Source of the DNA: Myxococcota bacterium | Lineage (GTDB): Bacteria; Myxococcota_A; Polyangia; Polyangiales; Sandaracinaceae | Direction: 5' to 3' | Length of the DNA: 15,952 nucleotides | Assembly (NCBI GenBank): GCA_036149055.1 | Contig: JAYZQJ010000111.1 | Coordinates: 1-15,952, forward strand | Part shown: positions 7,060 through 15,654 of the stretch, one piece after another | Numbering within the stretch: the stretch's first letter is position 1 | How the letters are laid out: every line of letters begins with the position of its first letter | Notes under the pieces: generated by a model | Databases searched by the model: none | What the model saw: the letters and a program-made list of their open reading frames with translations, nothing else | Told to the model about the DNA's origin: nothing | Position numbers and translations under genes: made by a program

Positions 7060-8496
7060 ATGCGGAGCATGCTCGCCCTCGGATCGCTCGTCTGGATCGT
7101 CGCCCTCGCCGCGACCTGGTCGATGGGCCGCCTCGCGGTGCTCGCCCTGACCCTGCTCGGGTTGGCGCTCGGGGCCTGGGTGCGCGTGCGCTGGTCGCGG
7201 CCGCGGCGGCCCGACGCCGAGGACCCCGCGCCGCCCACGTGGCCCTTCGTCTCGGTGCACGTCCCCATCTGCAACGAGCCGCCGGAGCTCGTGCGCGAGA
7301 CGCTGGAGGCGCTCGCGCGGGTCCGCTACCCGGCGTTCGAGGTCATCGTCCTCGACAACAACACCGACGACCCCGCGCTCTGGCGTCCGGTGCGCGCGCG
7401 CTGCGCGGCGCTCGGGCCGCGCTTCCGCTTCGAGCACGTGCCCCACATGGAGGGCTTCAAGGCGGGCGCGCTGAACCGGTGCCTCGAGCTGAGCGATCCG
7501 CGCGCCGAGTACGTCTTCGTGGCCGACGCCGACTACGTCGTCGAGCCCGAGGCGCTGGAGCTGGCCGTGCGCTGCGCCCGCGGAGAGGACGCGACCTACG
7601 TGCAGTTCCCGCAGGCGTACCGCAACGTGGCGCCCGGGACGGAGGGGCTCCGCGCTCACTACCGCCACTACTTCGCCGCGGTCCTGCCGACGGCGCAGGC
7701 GCTGGGGGCCCCGCTGCTCACCGGCACCATGTGCCTCGTCTCGGTGGCGGCGCTCCGCGAGGTCGGCGGCTGGAGCGACGCGTCGATCACCGAGGACGCG
7801 CAGCTCGGGATCGAGCTGCTCCGGAGAGGTCGCCGCGGGCGATACGTCGACCGGGTGATCGGCCGCGGGCTGATGCCGACCTCCCTCTCGGCGCTCCGCG
7901 CCCAGCGGCGTCGCTGGGTCTTCGGCAACGCGCAGACGCTCGCCAGCCTGCGGCTCGCGGACCTCCGTCGGCTCGGCCCCCGGCGCGTGGCCGCGGTGGC
8001 CTTGCAGCTGACCGCGTGGTTCGAGCCGGGGATCGCGGTCTGGGTCACCACGCTGGCCGCCCTCGCCCTCGCGGCGGTGGGCGCGCCGTGGGCCACCGAG
8101 ATCGCCCTCGCCACCGGCGGCCTCGTCGCGGCCTGGTGGGTCTTCCCGCTGATGTGGGAGTGGGCCGGGTCCGGCGACCTCCGGCGCGCGGCCAAGGCCC
8201 GGCTCGTCAGCGCCGCCCTCAGCTGGGAGGCCAGCAGCGCGTGGCTCGAGGCCTGGCTCGGCGTGCGTCTGCCCTTCGTGCGCACCGACAAGGGCGCGGC
8301 GGGTGCGCTCCGGTTGCGCGACTGCGGCCCCGTCCTGGGCGTGGCCGCCACGTTCCTCGTCGGCGCGGGCCTCGCCCTCCTCCTCGGGGCCCCGGCCCTC
8401 GTCCTCGCCGCCGCCGGGTGCGCCCTGGTGCTCGGCGGCACCGTCTACACCCGCCGCGAGCTCGCGGCCGCCGAGCGCGTCCGCGCGCTGCACTGA
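7060..8496 (+). CDS. Membrane-bound processive GT2 (cellulose-synthase-like, resembling the NdvB GT domain), about 478 aa
   Basis: VSVHVPICNEPP, LDNNTDDPALW, GFKAGALN, DAD, VQFPQAY, GTM, ITED, GLMP and QRRRW (D,D,D,QxxRW). Two N-terminal and several C-terminal hydrophobic helices. Confidence 0.9.
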   Translation: MRSMLALGSLVWIVALAATWSMGRLAVLALTLLGLALGAWVRVRWSRPRRPDAEDPAPPTWPFVSVHVPICNEPPELVRETLEALARVRYPAFEVIVLDNNTDDPALWRPVRARCAALGPRFRFEHVPHMEGFKAGALNRCLELSDPRAEYVFVADADYVVEPEALELAVRCARGEDATYVQFPQAYRNVAPGTEGLRAHYRHYFAAVLPTAQALGAPLLTGTMCLVSVAALREVGGWSDASITEDAQLGIELLRRGRRGRYVDRVIGRGLMPTSLSALRAQRRRWVFGNAQTLASLRLADLRRLGPRRVAAVALQLTAWFEPGIAVWVTTLAALALAAVGAPWATEIALATGGLVAAWWVFPLMWEWAGSGDLRRAAKARLVSAALSWEASSAWLEAWLGVRLPFVRTDKGAAGALRLRDCGPVLGVAATFLVGAGLALLLGAPALVLAAAGCALVLGGTVYTRRELAAAERVRALH

Positions 8497-8527
8497 ACTC
8501 GACGAGAACTCGACACAGGAGCCATTC

Positions 8528-9508
8528 ATGAACACCGACTCGAGGCCCCGGATCACCGTGGCCATCCCCACCTACGACCGCGCGCACATCCTCGACCGCG
8601 CCATTCGCGCCGCGCTCGAGCAGAGCTACCCGGACACCGACGTGCTCGTGGTGGACGACGGCAGCCGCGACGACACCGCCCGGGTGCTCCGCGCCTACGA
8701 GCGCGAGCCCCGCTTCGGCGCCATCCGGCTCGGGCGCAACGTCGGGACCGCGCGCGCCAAGAACGTCGCCATCGCGCTCGGCGACTACGACGCGATCACG
8801 TTCCACGACTCCGACGACGTCCCCAGCCCCAACAAGGTCCTGCTCCAGCAGCGCGCCATGTGTCTGCCGGACTACCGCGCCAACCCCATCCTCGACTGGG
8901 CCTCCATCGACCACGAGCCCGGCTGCCCGGTCCCGGTGGACGTGGTGGTCGGGGCGTACGACTTCATCACCCGCGACGGCGCGGTGCACCGCATCGACAA
9001 GCAGCTCTCGCTCGTCGACGACTTCTTCCCCAACCTCCAGTTCCCATCTCGGGTCGCGGGCGAGTGGATCCTCGTCAACGCCGGCCTCTTCCGGCGCCGC
9101 GTGTTCTCGGAGCTCGGGGGCTATCTCCCCTCCGTGGAGGAGGACCGAGAGCTTCGCAACCGCATCCTGGCGGCCGGCTATGTCGTGTACTTCCAGCACG
9201 AGTCCCTGCTCACCAAGATCGAGGAGGCCGACTCGCTCACCGTGAAGGACGACACCGGCTTCGAGTCGGAGGAGCGCCTCCGCGACCGGAGCGAGGTGTG
9301 GGAGCGCACCCGCGCGTACCGCGGCGGTCTCTGGGGCGACGCGGTGAAGGCGGCGCATCGCTCGCCGATCGACCTGTCGGAGCTCGAGGTCGAGGAGGTG
9401 CTCGGCTCCCTGTCTCCCCACCCGGCCCCCGACGTGCCGATGACCGCGCCCACTCGTGCGCGACTGGAGCGGCTCTTCGGGCCGGCCGCGCTGGAGGCCG
9501 CCGAGTGA
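8528..9508 (+). CDS. Soluble glycosyltransferase family 2, 326 aa
   Basis: ITVAIPTYDR, VVDDGSRDDT, NVGTARAKN, FHDSDD and LGGY...EED. AGGAG RBS before ATG 8528. Confidence 0.9.
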   Translation: MNTDSRPRITVAIPTYDRAHILDRAIRAALEQSYPDTDVLVVDDGSRDDTARVLRAYEREPRFGAIRLGRNVGTARAKNVAIALGDYDAITFHDSDDVPSPNKVLLQQRAMCLPDYRANPILDWASIDHEPGCPVPVDVVVGAYDFITRDGAVHRIDKQLSLVDDFFPNLQFPSRVAGEWILVNAGLFRRRVFSELGGYLPSVEEDRELRNRILAAGYVVYFQHESLLTKIEEADSLTVKDDTGFESEERLRDRSEVWERTRAYRGGLWGDAVKAAHRSPIDLSELEVEEVLGSLSPHPAPDVPMTAPTRARLERLFGPAALEAAE

Positions 9509-10854
9509 TCCCTGCGGGCGACGACTTCGTCTACGGCGTCGCCGCCTCCTCGTACCAGATCGAGGGGGCGCTCGACGCCGACGGCCGCGGCCCCGACGTG
9601 TGGGACATGTTCTGCCGCCAGCCCGGCCGCGTGCGAGAGGGGCACGACGCGTCGATCGCCTGCGCCCACTACGACCGATGGGCCGGCGACGTCGCGCTCA
9701 TCGCGGACCTGGGCGTGGACGCGTACCGCCTCTCGATCAGCTGGCCCCGCGTCCTGCCCGAGGGGGTGGGGCGCGTGGAGCCGCGCGGCCTCGACTTCTA
9801 CGAGCGGGTGGTGGACGCGCTCCTCGAGCGGGGCGTCCAGCCGTGGGTCACCCTCTTCCATTGGGACTACCCCCTCGCGCTGTTCCACCGGGGCGGCTGG
9901 CTGAACCGCGACTCGGCGCGCTGGTTCGGCGACTACGCCGACCACGTGGCCGCGCGGCTGGGGGATCGGGTGAAGCACTGGATGACGCTCAACGAGCCGC
10001 AGTGCTTCCTCGGCCTCGGCCACTCGATGGGCCGCCACGCCCCCGGCCTTCGCCTGGGCGCGGCCGAGGTGCTGCGCGCGACCCACCACGCCCTCATGGC
10101 TCACGGGGACGCGACCCGCGCGGTGCGCGCCCGGTCGCCCGGCGCGCGGGTCGGGTGGGCGCCCGTGGCCTGGATCACCTACCCGGCGCGAGACGAGGAG
10201 GCGCTCGTCGCCGAGGCGCGGCGCCGGACCTTCGGCTTCGATCCGCAGCTCGAGGCGTGGACCTTCAACAACGTCTGGTACGCGGACGCGGTACTGCGCG
10301 GCAGCTACCCGGAGGAGGCGTGGCGTCGGCTGGGTGCGCTCGTCCCCGACGTGCGCCCGGGCGACATGGCGCGCATGAGCCCCGCGATCGACTTCTACGG
10401 GATGAACTACTACCACGGCAGCCCCGTTCACGAGGCCTCCGACGCGCCGGTCCTGCTGCCCCGTCGACCGCGAGGCCACGCGGAGACGATGATGGGCTGG
10501 TCCGTCGACGAGGACGGCCTCCGGTGGGGGATGCGCTTCCTCCACGAGCGCTACGGGCTGCCGCTCGTCGTGACCGAGAACGGCATCGCGAACATGGACT
10601 GGGTGCACGCGGACGGCTCCGTGTCCGACCCGCAGCGCGTGGACTACCTCCGGCGGCACCTCGGTGCGGTGGCGCGCGCCCGGGCGGAGGGGGTCCCGGT
10701 GGAGGGCTACTTCCACTGGTCCATCCTCGACAACTTCGAGTGGGAGCTCGGCTACAGTCGACGGTTCGGCCTGATCTACGTCGACTTCGAGACCCAGCGC
10801 CGGACCCCCAAGGCCTCCTACCACGCCTACCGGGAGCTCCTCCGCGCGCGGTGA
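9505..10854 (+). CDS. GH1 beta-glucosidase, 449 aa, no signal peptide
   Basis: FVYGVAASSYQIEG, YRLSISWPR, TLFHWD, TLNEP (acid/base), GMNYY, VTENG (nucleophile), WSILDNFEW and RFGL. GTGA overlap. Confidence 0.96.
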   Translation: MIPAGDDFVYGVAASSYQIEGALDADGRGPDVWDMFCRQPGRVREGHDASIACAHYDRWAGDVALIADLGVDAYRLSISWPRVLPEGVGRVEPRGLDFYERVVDALLERGVQPWVTLFHWDYPLALFHRGGWLNRDSARWFGDYADHVAARLGDRVKHWMTLNEPQCFLGLGHSMGRHAPGLRLGAAEVLRATHHALMAHGDATRAVRARSPGARVGWAPVAWITYPARDEEALVAEARRRTFGFDPQLEAWTFNNVWYADAVLRGSYPEEAWRRLGALVPDVRPGDMARMSPAIDFYGMNYYHGSPVHEASDAPVLLPRRPRGHAETMMGWSVDEDGLRWGMRFLHERYGLPLVVTENGIANMDWVHADGSVSDPQRVDYLRRHLGAVARARAEGVPVEGYFHWSILDNFEWELGYSRRFGLIYVDFETQRRTPKASYHAYRELLRAR

Positions 10855-10910
10855 GGACGCTGGCGAAGCGTCGAACGCTGCCTACGAGAGGCACAGGATG
10901 GGAGGCGCGG

Positions 10911-11453
10911 GTGGAGACTTGGTTCGGAGGATGGGCGCGGCTGGCGGACACGGCGGTCTCGGCCCTCGCCATCTACGTGGCGGTGGTCGTGTTGCTGCGC
11001 CTCTTCGGCAAGCGCGCGACGTCGAAGATGAACAACTTCGACTGGGTGGCGACGGTCGCGGTCGGCGCCATCGCCTCCTCCGGCGTGATCCTCGAGGACG
11101 TCGCCGTCAGCGACGCGGTGGCCGCGATCACGGCGCTCCTCGCGGCCCAGTGGGTGCTCCACCAGGGCATCCAGCGGAGCGAGCGGATCTGCCAGATCTT
11201 CAAGGCGGAGCCGGTCCTGCTGCTGCACCGCGGGCGTCTGCTGGAGGGCGCCATGCGCCGTGAGCGGGTCAGCGAGCCCGAGGTGCTCTCCGCGCTGAGG
11301 GACGCGGGCATCGCGAGGCTGGAGGACGCGCAGTGGGTCGTGCTCGAGGCCGACGCGACCCTGAGCGTCGTGCCCACGCAACAAGCACCCGAGTCGCTCG
11401 AGCAGGCGGACGCGCTGGAGAACGTCGACGCGGGCTCCCTCCGCGAGCCGTGA
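10911..11453 (+). CDS. DUF421 (YetF/YcaP-like) membrane protein, 180 aa
   Basis: LLRLFGKRATSKMNNFDWVATVAVG, EPVLLLHRG, ALRDAG and VVLEADATLSVV. GGAGG RBS at 10901. Confidence 0.88.
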   Translation: METWFGGWARLADTAVSALAIYVAVVVLLRLFGKRATSKMNNFDWVATVAVGAIASSGVILEDVAVSDAVAAITALLAAQWVLHQGIQRSERICQIFKAEPVLLLHRGRLLEGAMRRERVSEPEVLSALRDAGIARLEDAQWVVLEADATLSVVPTQQAPESLEQADALENVDAGSLREP

Positions 11454-11456
11454 TCC

Positions 11457-12746
11457 TCAGCGTCGCTCCGCGTGACCCTCGTCGACCGCGGGGTGCGACT
11501 CGTCCTCGTCGGGCTCGAGCAGGAGGTTGCTCGCGTAGCCGTGCACCACGACCGAGACGAGGATGGTGAGCGCGGCGACGCGCCAGGCGACGTCGACGCC
11601 CTCGAAGGTGGCGTGGGTGTGCCCGTACGCCAGATAGAAGACCGTGCCGAGCCCGCGCACTCCGAAGAACGCCACCTTCTGACACTCCGGGCCGGGCGCG
11701 CCTCGCCGGAGCATCGCGAGGAGCCCCAGCGCGGGCCGGACCACGAGGACGAGGCCGACGGCGAAGGCCACCTCTCGCCAGTCGAGCGCCCCGAGCACCC
11801 GGGTCATCAGGAAGGTGCCGAGCCAGACCATGCCCACCGCCATGAGCACGCCCTCGAGCTGGTCGGCGCCGTGGTGGAGGAGGCGCTCGTGGCCCTCGCC
11901 GTCTTCGGCCTCCCGGCGGGCTCGCGCGCGCCAGACCCGGGCCGCGCAGAACACGGCGAGGAAGCCGTAGCCATCGACCGCCTCGGTCACGCCGTACACC
12001 AGCAGCGTGCCGCCGAGCACCATCACCACCGAGTTGGGCGCGCCCTGCTTCGCGTCCCCCCAGCGCGAGAACCCGACGCCCGCCACCGCGCGGCCGCCGA
12101 GGTAGCCCATCGCCAGCCCCGCGAGGACGCGCCAGCCGACGTCGAAGAGCGCCCACTCCCCGAGCCAGCCGAGCGGCTCGCCCAGCCCATGGCTCGCGAG
12201 CCCGATCGCGAGGGCGACGAAGGGGAAGGCCAGCCCGTCGTTGAGGCCCGCCTCGGCGGTGAGCGCGAACTCCATGTCCCCGTCGCCCTCCCCCGGCGGG
12301 GCGACCCGCACGGACTGGGCGAGCACCGGATCGGTGGGCGCGAGGACCGCCGCCACGAGCAGCGCCGAGCCGAGCCCGAGGCCGAGGACACCCCAGCCGA
12401 GCGCCGCCACCGCGGCGACCGACAGCGGCATCGTGATCGCGAGCAGGCGCCAGACGGTGCCCCAGCGTCGCCAGTCGAGCGGGGTGTCGATCGCCAGCCC
12501 GGCGCCCATCAACGACACGATCACGACGAGCTCCGCGAAGTGCTCGACCACCTTCGCGCCGCGATCGGAGGCGAGCGGATCGGGACCCTCCAGCCCGAGC
12601 GCCGCCAGCCCGACGCCGAGCAGCACGTAGAGGAGCGGGAAGTTGAGGGCACGGAGGCGCGCCAGGGCGGGCTGCAGGGTGAGCCCGACGAGCGCGAGCC
12701 CGAGCGCGGCATAGATCACATCCCGCGCGTCGATCGTGATCCACAT
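11457..12746 (-). CDS. Cation:proton antiporter, CPA1/NhaP-type, 429 aa
   Basis: Many hydrophobic helices, LAPTDPVLA, TAEAGLNDGLAFPF, YGFLAVF and FFGVRGLG. GGAGG RBS upstream of ATG 12746. Confidence 0.92.
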   Translation of the reverse strand: MWITIDARDVIYAALGLALVGLTLQPALARLRALNFPLLYVLLGVGLAALGLEGPDPLASDRGAKVVEHFAELVVIVSLMGAGLAIDTPLDWRRWGTVWRLLAITMPLSVAAVAALGWGVLGLGLGSALLVAAVLAPTDPVLAQSVRVAPPGEGDGDMEFALTAEAGLNDGLAFPFVALAIGLASHGLGEPLGWLGEWALFDVGWRVLAGLAMGYLGGRAVAGVGFSRWGDAKQGAPNSVVMVLGGTLLVYGVTEAVDGYGFLAVFCAARVWRARARREAEDGEGHERLLHHGADQLEGVLMAVGMVWLGTFLMTRVLGALDWREVAFAVGLVLVVRPALGLLAMLRRGAPGPECQKVAFFGVRGLGTVFYLAYGHTHATFEGVDVAWRVAALTILVSVVVHGYASNLLLEPDEDESHPAVDEGHAERR

Positions 12747-12820
12747 CCGCGAGACCCTCCCTAGGTCCAGCCGTCGCCAGCGGTAGATCCATCGTGCTCG
12801 CCGCCGGGGAGAAGAAAGTG

Positions 12821-12847
12821 GGAACGATGTCCGCGCGGGCGGGTACT
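12821..12847 (+). promoter_or_regulatory. Putative ECF-sigma promoter GGAAC-N16-GGTACT
   Basis: The -35 AAC motif is typical of ECF promoters. The element ends 7 nt before GTG 12855 at the head of the ECF operon. Confidence 0.45.
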
Positions 12848-12854
12848 GGGGGAC

Positions 12855-13766
12855 GTGAGCCTGATTCGACACACCCTCGCCCTGACCCTCGCCCTCGGTT
12901 CGCTCCCGGCCGCGGCCCACGCGGACGAGCCGCTCACCGTGGCCCTCGACGTCGACGTCCCGGTCGACGCGGACGCGTTCCGTGACGGGCTGGCCGCCGA
13001 CCTCGACGAGGTCGTGCGGCTCGGCGATCCGTCGGCGGCGCGGCTCCGGATCGCCATGCGCGAGGACGAGGTGGAGCTGTCCTACCGCGACGGCGCGGCC
13101 TCGCGAACGCGGCGCGTGGCGCTGCCGGCGGATCGCGGCGAGGCGACCGCGAGCCTCGTGTTGATCGCCTCGAACCTGGTGCGCGATCCGACCGGCGCGA
13201 TGATCGCTGCCCCGGCGCCGTCCCCGCCTCCCGGCGAGGTGTCGGTCCCCGCCGTCCCCCTCGCCGAGCCGCTCGACCTGGCGTCGCGCCGGCCGTTCCG
13301 GCTCGGCCTCGGCCTGCTCGGCGGCGCGGCCTCCACCGCGACGGGCGTGGAGGGCTACGGCTATTTCGGCGTCGACCTGATGGGCACGGTCCACCCGCAC
13401 CTCGCGGTCGGCGTCACCCGCCTGTCCCTCGGCCTCGGCTTCTCGAGCATCGAGAGCTTCATCTTCAGCCTGCAGGGCACGCCGACCCTCGAGGCCTTCG
13501 TGTTCGTCGATCCGCGCGTCCAGCTGTACGCGCAGGTCGGCGTCGCGCTCCAGGGGCGCGCCCAGACCAACGCCCGCGAGGGCTACTTCCAGGCGGCGGC
13601 GTTCGTCGGCGCCGGCGCGCGGTTCTGGCTCACCGACTGGCTCACGATCGGCGTCGAGATCGGCCTCCACGTGGTCGCCACCGACGCGTTCGTGATGGGC
13701 AACGTCGCGCTTCCGCAGGGCTCGATCGCGGGCTCCGGAGGTGTGAGCCTCGGGTTCAGCTTCTGA
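12855..13766 (+). CDS. Secreted protein with predicted C-terminal outer-membrane beta-barrel, 303 aa
   Basis: Signal peptide ending AHA-D, small N-terminal domain, Pro-rich linker, about 8 Gly/aromatic alternating strands and C-terminal VSLGFSF (BAM-type terminal Phe). Confidence 0.7.
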   Translation: MSLIRHTLALTLALGSLPAAAHADEPLTVALDVDVPVDADAFRDGLAADLDEVVRLGDPSAARLRIAMREDEVELSYRDGAASRTRRVALPADRGEATASLVLIASNLVRDPTGAMIAAPAPSPPPGEVSVPAVPLAEPLDLASRRPFRLGLGLLGGAASTATGVEGYGYFGVDLMGTVHPHLAVGVTRLSLGLGFSSIESFIFSLQGTPTLEAFVFVDPRVQLYAQVGVALQGRAQTNAREGYFQAAAFVGAGARFWLTDWLTIGVEIGLHVVATDAFVMGNVALPQGSIAGSGGVSLGFSF

Positions 13767-13772
13767 GGGGCG

Positions 13773-14375
13773 ATGTCCGGGACCGACACGAGAGACGTGA
13801 CCGGGGGCTGGGGGGACGCGGAGGCGGCCGCCGACGCGGACGACCTCGTCTGGCGTCTGCGGGCCGGAGAGCGCTCGGCCCTCGCGGAGGTGTACGACCG
13901 TCACCGCGACCACGTCCGGCGCTTCGCCCAGCGGCTCGTCGCGGACGCCGCGGCCGCCGAGGACCTCGTGCAGGACGTCTTCCTGGCGCTGCCGAAGGCG
14001 ATCGGGCGCTTCGAGGGGCGCGGCACGCTGCGCGCGTTCCTGATCTCGATCGCGCTCAACCACTGCCGCCATCACGTCCGCGCCGCGGCCCGCCGCCGAG
14101 CGGCCTCGGAGCGCATGGCGCGGATGAGCGCGCCGGACCCGGCCGCCACGCCGAGCGACTGCTCGCAGCGCCGTGAGCTCGCGGACGCCATGGCCCGCGC
14201 GCTCGATCGCCTGCCGCTCGATCAGCGCATCGCCTTCGTGCTCTCCGTCATCGAGGAGCGCTCGAGCCAGGAGGTCTCCGCGCTGATCGGCGCGCCGGAG
14301 GCGACGGTGCGCACGCGGGTCCTGCGCGCGCGCCGCAAGCTGCAGGCGCACCTCGAGCGGGAGGGGGTTCGATGA
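13773..14375 (+). CDS. ECF RNA polymerase sigma-70 factor, 200 aa
   Basis: Region 2 AEDLVQDVFL...FLISIALN; region 4 LDRLP...EVSALIGAPEATVRTRVLRARRKL. Confidence 0.95.
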   Translation: MSGTDTRDVTGGWGDAEAAADADDLVWRLRAGERSALAEVYDRHRDHVRRFAQRLVADAAAAEDLVQDVFLALPKAIGRFEGRGTLRAFLISIALNHCRHHVRAAARRRAASERMARMSAPDPAATPSDCSQRRELADAMARALDRLPLDQRIAFVLSVIEERSSQEVSALIGAPEATVRTRVLRARRKLQAHLEREGVR

Positions 14376-15259
14376 CCGACCTCGACGACGCGGTCGCGGC
14401 CTTCCGCGAGACCCAGGATCGCGATCGCGGCGACGCCGAGGCCGGCCGGCGCCGCCTGCTGCGCGCGGTGGTGCGTCGTGACCGCCGCCGCAAGCTGGGC
14501 GTCGCCGCGGCCCTCGCGCTCGCCCTCGTCGCGACGAACTCCACCACGTGGGCGTGGTCCACGGGCCGCCTCGAGGGCGTCGCGGCGTGGCTCGGAGCGA
14601 GCGCCGCCGAGCCGACCCGCGGCGAAGCGTCCCGAGGCGCTCCCGCCACGAGGGGGCCGGCGCCCCAGCCGGCGCCGCCGGAGGCGCACCCGCGGATCGA
14701 GCGGCCGACGACGCCGCCGGCGCCGGCCGTCGCGCCGCCGCCGGCTCCTCGAGCGCGCGCGGAGACGCTCGACCGCCCGCGCGGGGCCTCGCGGACGGCC
14801 CGGTCGCCGACGCGTCGGACGCCCTCGGTCGCGGCCGCCTCCGCCGCGAGCGAGCCGCTGCCCGAGTCGCGCGCCGCCGCGGCGGACGACCCGCGCGCGG
14901 ACACCGAGCCCTCGGGAGACGACGCGCTCGCGGCGGCGCTCCGCGCGCTCGACGCGCCCAGCGGCTCGACCGCCGACCCGGATCGGCGCGCGTTCGCGTC
15001 CGCGCACCGCCTCCACCACGGAGGCGCGACGCCGCTCGCCGCGCTGCGCGCGTGGGATCGCTACCTGGCGCTCTACCCGCAAGGCCGCTTCGTCCCCGAG
15101 GCGCGCTTCAACCGGGCGGTGACGCTGCTCCGGCTCCATCGCGACGACGCCGCGCGCGCCGCCCTGCGACCCTTCGCGGAGGGCGCCTTCGAGGGCCTAC
15201 GCCAGCGCGAGGCCCGCGCGCTGCTCGAGGCGCTCGACCGCGGCACGCTGCGTCGCTGA
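14372..15259 (+). CDS. Putative anti-sigma factor: short N-terminus, one TM helix, Pro/Ala linker, C-terminal TPR-like domain, 295 aa
   Basis: ATGA overlap with the ECF gene, RRRK followed by LGVAAALALALVA, and TPR-like ALRAWDRYLALYPQGRFVPEARFNRAVTLLRL. Confidence 0.75.
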   Translation: MTDLDDAVAAFRETQDRDRGDAEAGRRRLLRAVVRRDRRRKLGVAAALALALVATNSTTWAWSTGRLEGVAAWLGASAAEPTRGEASRGAPATRGPAPQPAPPEAHPRIERPTTPPAPAVAPPPAPRARAETLDRPRGASRTARSPTRRTPSVAAASAASEPLPESRAAAADDPRADTEPSGDDALAAALRALDAPSGSTADPDRRAFASAHRLHHGGATPLAALRAWDRYLALYPQGRFVPEARFNRAVTLLRLHRDDAARAALRPFAEGAFEGLRQREARALLEALDRGTLRR

Positions 15260-15350
15260 CAACTGCGCCGCCGACGGGCCGCGCCGCGCTCCGGAGGGAG
15301 ACGCGCTTCGAAATCTCGAATCGGTCGCGGCTCAGAAGGAAAAAAGCTGG

Positions 15351-15545
15351 TCGAACGCAGATGGGTTGCGAAGAGAGAAGCTTCGAAGCTGTCTGGTCGC
15401 AACTCGACAGCGATTTCGAAGCATTTTTCCTTCTCGAACGCAGCCAGCCAGCGATTTTCCAGCTTCGACGCTTCCGGGTCGACGATGGACAGCGATTTTG
15501 CGGCGTGAATGCTTCCTGAATGCAGCAGATCCGAGATTTTTCGCA
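15351..15545. repeat. Degenerate 41-bp tandem array with 82-bp higher-order period, lower GC than flanks
   Basis: CAGCGATTT at 15408, 15449 and 15490, and CCGAGATTTT at 15531. GCTTCGA at 15380 and 15462. TCGAACGCAG at 15351 and 15434. Confidence 0.7.
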
Positions 15546-15654
15546 GTTCCCCAGGAAACCGGCCGTCGCGAGCCTCGATGAGGGGTGCGAACGCGTCGTA
15601 CGGGGGTCGGCACGAGGTCGGGCTCCGGGCGGCGCCCGCACGAAGAGGTCCGAG

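Noticed and set aside
7051..10824. Long antisense ORFs of 506, 400 and 548 aa
   Set aside because: They mirror high-GC3 sense genes and contain no motifs, which is expected at this GC content.
11457..14351. 964-aa antiporter with a long N-terminal domain
   Set aside because: The extension is antisense to the barrel and ECF genes; the real start is ATG 12746 with a GGAGG RBS.
15260..15300. Intrinsic terminator after the anti-sigma gene
   Set aside because: GC-rich, but no clean stem followed by a poly-T run.
15351..15545. CRISPR array
   Set aside because: The conserved core is only about 9-10 bp, the intervening sequences resemble each other, the 41-bp period is too short, and no cas genes are present.
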